A stretch of DNA of 6,418 nt from the NCBI GenBank assembly GCA_018985225.1, contig JADGIF010000581.1:1-6418 (forward strand), given 5' to 3'. This DNA is from Amoeboradix gromovi X-113. Its lineage: Eukaryota > Fungi > Sanchytriomycota. Below are positions 1 through 6,418 of the stretch, in pieces. Every line of letters starts with the position of its first letter. The stretch's first letter is position 1. The notes under the pieces are model-generated. The model was given only the letters and a program-made list of their open reading frames with translations. It did no database searches and was not told where the DNA came from. A program made the position numbers and the translations under genes.

Positions 1-221
1 CTCTGTGGAAATTCTCGAATTTCTCGGAAATCAGGAATTTTAACGAGGAGTGATACAAAGAAATAAACGGGTTCAGTGAAACTCATCAAAACACATAAAA
101 TGCACCGGGTTTTTAATTGGGGCATTTTCGCAAGGCTAGCCTGTTTTATTAAAATACTAGTTTAGCATTAATTCATGTTGCATGACCTATTTGTTTGGAT
201 ATCGGAGAAAGGGTCAATTCC

Positions 222-1199
222 ATGAAATATTTCCTTCAACCTCTGCTGATATGTATTGTTACTATACTATTGATGACTGAAGGCGTAGATTTGCTTATAG
301 TTATAGAAACCCCCCGAACCCGTAAGATTGGGTTTGGTTTAATGACTTACAGTGAAGAAAGTGTAGGGGGGGCCATAGAACTGCTAGAAAAAATTTATTC
401 CGAGCATAATTGCTTTATAATGCACTTTGATCAAAAAACCCCGGTGAAGAGTATCATAAAGTTTATTAAATTATATCCCAAAGTGCATGTTACGCCAAAT
501 CAGTACTCCATCGAATGGGGATCATTTGCTATAGTTCGAGCGCAATTGGATATCGCCAGGATTAATTGTGAATATGACCATTTAATCTACCTAGATGGTA
601 GTTCATATCCGTTGCGACCTTTGAAGGATTTGGAAAAACAAATTCACAGCATCCCCATAAATTATAACATTGTGTTTGGTAGAGATGATGCTGACCGGAG
701 TATGCCCTCTTGTAAGAAAGACTCTCCTTCAGCTTATGCATGTGGAAGGTCTGGAGCTAGATGCATGGATTCCGAATGTACAAAATATACAAACACTCCG
801 AATAATGGGCCTCTATACAATGGACCTCAGTGGATTATATTATCTAAGCAATTTGTTAATTACTTGTTCACTAATGAAACAGACTATCTAGATCCTTGGA
901 TTAATTTCTTTGAGTCACAGTACAATATTAGCGATGAGGCTTTTTTTCAAACACTATTGCTGAATTCTCCACTGGATAAATTCTATTTTGCTTTCAAAGT
1001 AGAATGGATGTTAACTGTGTGGAAAGACTGCAGGTCGGAATTTAACTCTCGCTCAGTGGTCGGTTACTCACCATGTACTTTAGGATTAAACGACTTTGAA
1101 CCCCATATTAAAGATTCCAAGGCTCTTTTTGTTCGAAAAATTCCTTATAACAGCCCTCTGAAGCTGAAGATATCTGAAAGCTATACTAAAATAAATTGA
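222..1199 (+). CDS. Glycosyltransferase family 14 protein (core-2/I-branching beta-1,6-GlcNAc transferase / xylosyltransferase-like), probably a type II membrane protein
   Basis: The first in-frame ATG is at 222 (the ORF-track start at 195 is TTG) and is followed by a hydrophobic signal/anchor MKYFLQPLLICIVTILL. GT14 motifs occur in order: IMHFDQK (HxD), IEWGSFAIVRAQL (WG), YDHLIYLDGSSYPLRP (family LSGxDYPL), LYNGPQWIILSKQFVNYL (family GSQW..LSR.F), SDEAFFQTLLLNS (PDE.FFQT), LFVRK (FARK). Confidence 0.85.
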   Translation: MKYFLQPLLICIVTILLMTEGVDLLIVIETPRTRKIGFGLMTYSEESVGGAIELLEKIYSEHNCFIMHFDQKTPVKSIIKFIKLYPKVHVTPNQYSIEWGSFAIVRAQLDIARINCEYDHLIYLDGSSYPLRPLKDLEKQIHSIPINYNIVFGRDDADRSMPSCKKDSPSAYACGRSGARCMDSECTKYTNTPNNGPLYNGPQWIILSKQFVNYLFTNETDYLDPWINFFESQYNISDEAFFQTLLLNSPLDKFYFAFKVEWMLTVWKDCRSEFNSRSVVGYSPCTLGLNDFEPHIKDSKALFVRKIPYNSPLKLKISESYTKIN

Positions 1200-1314
1200 A
1201 ATTATTTTATTTTGTCGGAGTTAACTAATTTTCACAGGTTCGCGTTATGTGGTGCACGAAAAGTTAGACTCGGAATAGTCCACTCGTTTTAAGTTAATCC
1301 GCCAACTTGCAGTT

Positions 1315-1322
1315 TATAAATA
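1315..1322 (+). promoter_or_regulatory. Possible TATA box (TATAAATA) upstream of the 1344 ORF
   Basis: Consensus TATAAATA ends 21 nt before ATG 1344. The AT-rich background makes a chance match plausible. Confidence 0.3.
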
Positions 1323-1343
1323 CAAGGATTTTAAAGTTTAAAC

Positions 1344-2144
1344 ATGGACACAAAAGGTCAACAAGCACAAAATCAGCCTAACTCTCCTCCAGATGAAGGA
1401 AGCAGTCCTTCTGCTCCGGAGAATATATCACCTCCTCAAGGTAATAAAAATCCTCCCCAGGGTGGTAACCCTGGTGTCGAGGGTAGTAGCCCACAAAGTC
1501 AAGGCAAAAGCACAGCATCATCAGATCAGGGAAATCAAGCCCAAGGTTCCTCATCGCAAGAAAACAGTAAACCTCAAGATAGCACTCCTTCATCTCTAGG
1601 GCATGGAGACAGTCAAAAAGAAAATGGAAATGCACCACAAGACAAAAGTTCGGTGCCAGTAAATGACGTATCAAAATCTGCTCCATCAAGTAATCAGAAT
1701 GAAGGCCAGGTTCCTGCTACACCCTCAAGTTCAGATGTTAACAAAGAGCAACCGGTAAGCGCTCCTGTTGAAAACAAGTCCATGGCAGCTGAAACCCCGC
1801 CATATTTATCCCCAACGGTAACTAAGCAATCCAATCCGTCCTCAAACAAGACGCCAGCAAAAAACGGTAACTCAGCTTCACCATCCGATGTTCCTATGAG
1901 AACTTCTCCGCCTTCATCAGGCACCAACGTAGAAGCAGATGAGGTCAACAACATTGGACCTGGTAAAACTGTAGAGTACTATATGAGTGTAACTGCTACA
2001 AATACCGTGATCAATGGCGTTTCTACCGAGATATTGATGACAAAAAAATATGCCAACATTCGTCCAATGACGTTTCGCAGTGATGCTGATGATTTCAGCA
2101 CAAGCTGGCTGTTATTACTTTTGATGATTTTGCATTTCAAATAA
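1344..2144 (+). CDS. Low-complexity Ser/Pro/Gln/Asn-rich protein with a C-terminal hydrophobic, GPI-signal-like tail (putative surface or membrane-anchored protein)
   Basis: 266-codon ORF with good ATG context (aaacATGg). About 200 aa of polar, disordered, mucin-like sequence is followed by a short Thr/Val-rich beta-like segment (YYMSVTATNTVINGVSTEI) and ends in RSDADDFSTSWLLLLLMILHFK*. Confidence 0.7.
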   Translation: MDTKGQQAQNQPNSPPDEGSSPSAPENISPPQGNKNPPQGGNPGVEGSSPQSQGKSTASSDQGNQAQGSSSQENSKPQDSTPSSLGHGDSQKENGNAPQDKSSVPVNDVSKSAPSSNQNEGQVPATPSSSDVNKEQPVSAPVENKSMAAETPPYLSPTVTKQSNPSSNKTPAKNGNSASPSDVPMRTSPPSSGTNVEADEVNNIGPGKTVEYYMSVTATNTVINGVSTEILMTKKYANIRPMTFRSDADDFSTSWLLLLLMILHFK

Positions 2145-2261
2145 ATCTTGTTGTTTGATTATCCTAACTTTCTCTAATTATTATATAATTTATGCAATAC
2201 TTAGCATACTAATATCCAACATGTTGAACACCGTGATTCTAAAACACCCGAGCTATCAGTA

Positions 2262-2717
2262 ATGAGGCTAAGTGAAATTTTAAATCCTATGGTTGCCAAG
2301 GAAAATGAACTGGGATGCTTTGAAGATTTGGTTTCTTCTGAATGCACCAATGCAAAATCTGCTCATTCACGTGATTTGGAAATTATTTATCGAACAATAA
2401 AAGATGGAAGTCCGAACACTGACATCTTAAAGCATATACTGAATAGGTATACTTCTGTGACTTCCGTAGTTTACCTTCGCAGCTGGTTTAATAACAGACA
2501 TAATAAATACAAAAGGTTGGTTAATTTACGTAGATTGCGACTAGTCGAAACTTTGAAATCTTATTCAGATTCGGATAAAACTATACTACTTGAGAATAAC
2601 ACTTTATATCTAGATCAAATTTACCCTAATACCTTTGAATTGGCATGCCAAGTACTTAATGAAATTCAAAAAACAGCAGCTCAATATTTAGCGACATCAA
2701 ACGAGTTGCTTAACTAA
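2262..2717 (+). CDS. Small protein with a divergent homeodomain-like region (putative transcription factor)
   Basis: 151-aa ORF. aa 39-86 follow homeodomain spacing: LEIIY (helix 1, LExxF), GSP (YP loop), TDILKHILNRY (helix 2), VYLRSWFNNRHNKYKR (helix 3, WFxNRRxKxKR). The N-terminal MRLSEILNP resembles the short LxxILN motif common in fungal transcription factors. Confidence 0.6.
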   Translation: MRLSEILNPMVAKENELGCFEDLVSSECTNAKSAHSRDLEIIYRTIKDGSPNTDILKHILNRYTSVTSVVYLRSWFNNRHNKYKRLVNLRRLRLVETLKSYSDSDKTILLENNTLYLDQIYPNTFELACQVLNEIQKTAAQYLATSNELLN

Positions 2718-3326
2718 ACAGTCCGGCAGTAAATAACTTGAGTAAAATGGTTGAGCTCATTAAACACTTGATATTTGGGATACGATATAGCATAACATAG
2801 CATAGCAGCGGCAGTGCCGTCTAGATCCGGATATAACAAATGTAACAGTTTTACCAAGATTTAAGAGGATGAATTAAACTTGAAAAGAGGCTTTAAAGAA
2901 TAAAGCAAAGAAACCGAGGCTACTGCAATTTCTTGTCAAATACAATTGGCATGTGTCTTTATTCAAAAGTGTACGGAAACCCTAAGCGTCAACTTGAATT
3001 TCGCTATCAGTACATAAAAAGAAAGGAGAAATAGAGGAACGCATCATATTTAAGTAAGTAATCCTCATAACTGTGGTAACATAGTGCATCAAATCAACTC
3101 AAATATAAAGGTTTCCGTTTAAGTGAAAATCAAGGATTTCCGTTTAGAACCAACAAACCCAGTCGCTATATTAAATTAATTTCTCATGTTTCTGCTACCT
3201 TGAAATATGATTGAATGTGAATGCATGCATTTCAAGTCAGTTTACCTTGCTGCCATATTATCACTCTCCAGTTGTGCGACCAATGCCTCTAATAATTCCA
3301 GTGCATATCAATTACTTACACAAGAC

Positions 3327-3470
3327 TCAGACTTTCTGTTTTAAGTCTTCTTCTTTATTGAGTGAGAGTCTCAACAACGCGAACTCTTTCGAGGGATTAG
3401 TTAAAGCTCCAAGAGACTTGCGGATGTCTTTTAGTGGTACCGTAAAGTGTTTGCTGGTATGTCTAGACAT
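3327..3470 (-). CDS. Possible small ORF or first exon (47 aa, MSRHTSKHFTVPLKDIRKSLGALTNPSKEFALLRLSLNKEEDLKQKV)
   Basis: Translated by hand; below the ORF-track cutoff. The start context is fungal-like (aaacaaATGtct) and the composition is protein-like, but I recognise no homology. Confidence 0.2.
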   Translation of the reverse strand: MSRHTSKHFTVPLKDIRKSLGALTNPSKEFALLRLSLNKEEDLKQKV

Positions 3471-3607
3471 TTGTTTCCTCTAGAAGTGTGAATTTTAATT
3501 CACTTGGTGATATTTTAAACTGACAAATTCTAGCTGAAATTATTTGAAAACATTTATCATAAATGAGTGGAACTGCTTGTCCTATTTTAATCGAAATATA
3601 TTTAACA

Positions 3608-3615
3608 GCGGGAAA
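3608..3615 (-). promoter_or_regulatory. E2F-consensus site TTTCCCGC
   Basis: Plus-strand GCGGGAAA is TTTCCCGC on the minus strand, an exact TTTSSCGC match, in a GC patch within AT-rich intergenic DNA. Confidence 0.25.
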
Positions 3616-4168
3616 AACTCCCGGGACGATAAAATTTGTTTTATAACAATAATTGGTTTTAATAATTTAAATTCCGGAATTATTCAGAGTTGTTTGATAC
3701 TTATATTTCAAGAAAAAACATGGTAAAATTTCTCTATGTTGCGAATCTTCACAACTGCAACTTGGTATTACATTAGGATAAAACTCAATGGTTGCATAAT
3801 AGCCCGTCAAGCTGCAGATAAATTCTCTTTTCAAGCTAGGTAGCTCTATGAAGAAAATAACTTCATAGCGATACCAAATTTTCGCAAGTTTCTAAATTTC
3901 CCTACTAATGTGTTGACTGCCACATGTTTGCTATCATAGGTAAAAAATGTAGTGTTACAACTATACGATTCTGAAAAATTATTTCTTTATTGCAAAAAAT
4001 CTTCAAGTCGCAGAATCTCTTGGAAAACAAATAGGCTAGGTTGGCAGAGCAGATGTAATAGTCTGATACTTTGGTCTAATTCCTAGGCGATACAATATAA
4101 GGTGCTTGTGAAAATGCTAGTCGATTTAAGACTGCATAACCCATTCTCTTACAAAAAAGCATAGTTTA

Positions 4169-6158
4169 TTAATTATTTGGTGGTACCACTTGCATTTCAG
4201 TTCCCCTAATTGGATGTATTGTGTAAGGATCGTCATTAACCATGGAATCGGTTTCTTCACTTGATTTGTCGCTAGATTTATCGCTTCCATACTGCCCAAG
4301 ACCAGAATGTGATTTCATAAACTTATGATGTAAGTTCTTTTCTTTTGCTTCTAAATAAGTCGGAAGTAGGTTTGCAGATGCCAAAATAAGTCCCAAAAAT
4401 GGTGGAGATGGCTTCAAGGGCCTTGTCAAGTACTCTGGATGAAATTGGCATCCTACATAGTATGGATGGCCACTAACTGGTAGCTTTTTGCCATCTTTTT
4501 CGACCCATTCACTGACGGGGTCGTGTTTTAGCTCAAAAATTTCCATTCTATTTCCACTTTCATCTCTTCCAACAAATTTTAATCCTTTGCTTTGGATCTC
4601 ATCCACATATTTTGGGTTAATTTCATATCGGTGCCGATGTCTTTCATCTATCCTATCCTTGTGATCATACAACGCATCTAAATTAACATGAAATACGAAT
4701 TATTGACCAATTGTCAGCTAGTTCTTCTTGTTTAAATATTGTCGGTCGACTTCCTAGTCTCATTGTACCACCTAGATGTGTTTTACTCACTTCTGGCATA
4801 AAGACGACAATCGGATGTGGTGTGTCCTTGCTTAGCTCCTCAGAGTGAGCATCTTTCAAGTCTAAGACATTTCGAGCAAACTCAATAGCCGCAACTTGAA
4901 GCCCCAAGCATATCCCTAAAAACGGTCTATTCTCACTTCTAGCCCATTTAGCTGCTTCTATCATTCCTTCTGTACCTCTAACACCAAATCCTCCGGGTAT
5001 CAACACCCCATTTGCACTCACTAAACACTGCCAGGCGTGGTGGTACTTTTGAGGACATTTAATCTTAGTTGTAACCTCTAGATCATCCGACTCAATCCAT
5101 TTAACAATACACTTCAGTCCGCAGCTTAATGATGCATGTTGAAGCGACTTTAATACAGACGCATAGCTATCATGAAGAGTGGTGTACTTTCCAACAAGGG
5201 CAATGGTTACCTCTTCATGTATCATTTTATGTTGGCGATGTGCCATCTTGTGCCATTTGATCCATAGTGAACTACTGGTTGAATCCACAAATGCAGCACC
5301 CTCATACTTTTTACGCAGCTCAACTGCAGGTAATAAATTCATTTTACGTTCTAAAATCTTAAGAAGGCCCTGTTTCTGAAGCAACAATGGAACATGATAG
5401 ACACTAGCACAATCATGCACACCTAGGACTTGATCAGGCGAGACATGGCAGAACATACTCAGTTTGTCTTTGACTGTAATATCAAGGGGATTAGCACTCC
5501 TGCAAGCTAATATGTCAGGTGACAACCCAAGACCACGTAAACTGCGAACAGAAGCTTGAGTAGGCTTGGATTTCTGCTCACCAACAGCACCGACAACTGG
5601 AATTAGAGAAACATGAATTAAGCAAAAGTTTTCCTGGCCTACTCTAAACTGAAATTGACGGAGAGCCTCAACAAATGGAGCACTTTCAATATCACCAACA
5701 GTCCCACCCAACTCAATAATACAGATATCAGGTTCTAAACCTGAATCATCTACAGGCATTTTGGCAACTCTTTGTATCCAGTCTTGTATTTCGTCAGTTA
5801 TATGAGGAATAATTTGAACAGTTTTACCCAAGTAATCACCCTTTCTTTCTTTCTCAATTACCTTTTGATAAATCTTGCCAGTTGTGATGTTATTTTCGCG
5901 ACACAAAGTTATATCAAGAAACCTTTCGTAATTTCCCAAATCTAAATCAACTTCACCGCCGTCATTTAATACAAACACTTCACCGTGGTCTAACGGTGAT
6001 AAAGTACCAGCGTCAATGTTTAAGTAAGGATCTATTTTTATAGCTGTAACGCGTAAGCCGTAAGTCTTGAGCAAGAGACCCGTAGATGAAGCTATAACAC
6101 CTTTACCTATGCCGCTTAGCACTCCGCCAGTGATTATTATGTATTTTTGTTGCTTCAT
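4169..6158 (-). CDS. URA7: CTP synthase (URA7/CTPS), two exons: complement(join(4169..4677,4697..6158)), 656 aa
   Basis: Synthetase motifs [55 protein letters not shown]. Glutaminase motifs PGGFG, GICLG (catalytic Cys), [20 protein letters not shown] (catalytic His/Glu). The likely start is ATG 6158 (MKQQKY; the ORF-track start at 6191 is TTG). Exons of 1462 + 509 nt = 1971 nt = 657 codons including the stop. Confidence 0.96.
4678..4696 (-). other. 19-nt spliceosomal GT-AG intron (GTATTTCATGTTAATTTAG) in CTP synthase
   Basis: The minus strand reads TGG TCA ATA ATT C|GTATTTCATGTTAATTTAG|AT GCG TTG TAT GAT. Excision restores the frame and gives [26 protein letters not shown], colinear without gaps with the fungal CTPS pattern [26 protein letters not shown]. 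Confidence 0.85.
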
Positions 6159-6227
6159 TCCCAATTGTCTCACCCTACTATATGAATGCAAAAAGCACGT
6201 GCGCCATTGTAAAAAATCAAACCTATA

Positions 6228-6233
6228 TTTATT
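6228..6233 (-). terminator. Possible polyadenylation signal (AATAAA) for the UBC8 gene
   Basis: The minus strand reads TAA ctt AATAAA, placing the signal 3 nt after the UBC8 stop. Confidence 0.35.
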
Positions 6234-6236
6234 AAG

Positions 6237-6418
6237 TTATAAATCCATATCTAAATCATCGCTTAACTCAATGTCTTCCTCTTCCTCTTCGTTTGCAGAT
6301 AAAGCATATCTCGATACATACTCTTTAACTTTGTTATCATACCCAGTAGGATCTCGCATCAACAAAGCGGCGGCTTCACCGTTTAATGGGTCAGTAGGAT
6401 TTGGGTATCTTATTAACT
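6237..6418 (-). CDS. UBC8: Ubiquitin-conjugating enzyme E2, Ubc8/UBE2H family, C-terminal part (5' end outside the window)
   Basis: Hand translation from 6416: LIRYPNPTDPLNGEAAALLMRDPTGYDNKVKEYVSRYALSANEEEEEDIELSDDLDMDL*. YPNPxDPLNGEAAAL..KVKEYV..YA plus an acidic tail is characteristic of Ubc8/UBE2H. Confidence 0.9.
   Translation of the reverse strand, partial: LIRYPNPTDPLNGEAAALLMRDPTGYDNKVKEYVSRYALSANEEEEEDIELSDDLDMDL

Noticed and set aside
285-306. Possible 16- or 22-nt intron GTAGATTTGCTTATAG(TTATAG) near the GT14 5' end
   Set aside because: The upstream frame it would require (ATG 182) is closed by TGA at 278-280, and the unspliced frame from ATG 222 already gives a good signal anchor.
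670-891. 73-aa alternate-frame ORF inside the GT14 gene
   Set aside because: Fully nested in a well-supported CDS, non-ATG start, no recognisable motif.
1378-1954. ORFs 1378-1689(-), 1393-1599(+) and 1694-1954(-)
   Set aside because: Shadow frames of the low-complexity 1344-2144 CDS.
2787-2806. ATAGC/ATAAC pentamer x4
   Set aside because: Short imperfect microsatellite with no spacers or other structure; not CRISPR-like.
3220-3681. Three 12-bp palindromes (3220-3231, 3459-3470, 3670-3681)
   Set aside because: Unrelated sequences; a few such palindromes are expected by chance in 6.4 kb of AT-rich DNA.
3211-3726. Plus-strand ORFs 3211-3483 and 3544-3726
   Set aside because: TTG starts in a eukaryotic context, no motifs, composition typical of AT-rich non-coding or antisense DNA.
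3846-3868. 8-bp hairpin CTATGAAG-N7-CTTCATAG
   Set aside because: Too short and AT-rich to call an ncRNA or terminator; notable only because it lies within the speculative 29-nt intron.
5179-5379. 66-aa antisense ORF in CTP synthase
   Set aside because: Antisense shadow of a conserved gene, GTG start.
4169-6191. CTP synthase as a pseudogene, two separate genes, or a programmed frameshift
   Set aside because: All catalytic motifs are intact, there is no obvious slippery site, and a canonical GT-AG 19-nt excision restores gap-free colinearity. A frameshift would add about 6 non-homologous residues.
1-6418. Prokaryotic operon, defence system, CRISPR array or intact mobile element
   Set aside because: Gene content (Ubc8, eukaryotic CTPS, intron, GPI-like protein) is eukaryotic, and I saw no repeat-spacer array, terminal repeats or transposase/integrase ORF.

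Overview
AT-rich, very gene-dense eukaryotic DNA, most likely fungal; the CTP synthase and Ubc8 sequences look fungal, and an early-diverging lineage such as a chytrid is an inference. Plus strand: a GT14 (core-2/I-branching/xylosyltransferase family) glycosyltransferase (222-1199), a low-complexity S/P/Q/N-rich protein with a GPI-signal-like tail (1344-2144), and a small protein with a divergent homeodomain (2262-2717). Minus strand: the 3' end of a Ubc8/UBE2H ubiquitin-conjugating enzyme gene (6237-6418, missed by the ORF track) and a CTP synthase gene (4169-6158). The best observation is that the two CTP synthase ORFs join into one intact gene if a GT-AG intron of only 19 nt (4678-4696) is removed, which implies ultra-short spliceosomal introns. 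A ~1.45 kb gap (2718-4168) has no confident gene but holds protein-like fragments and possible regulatory motifs.
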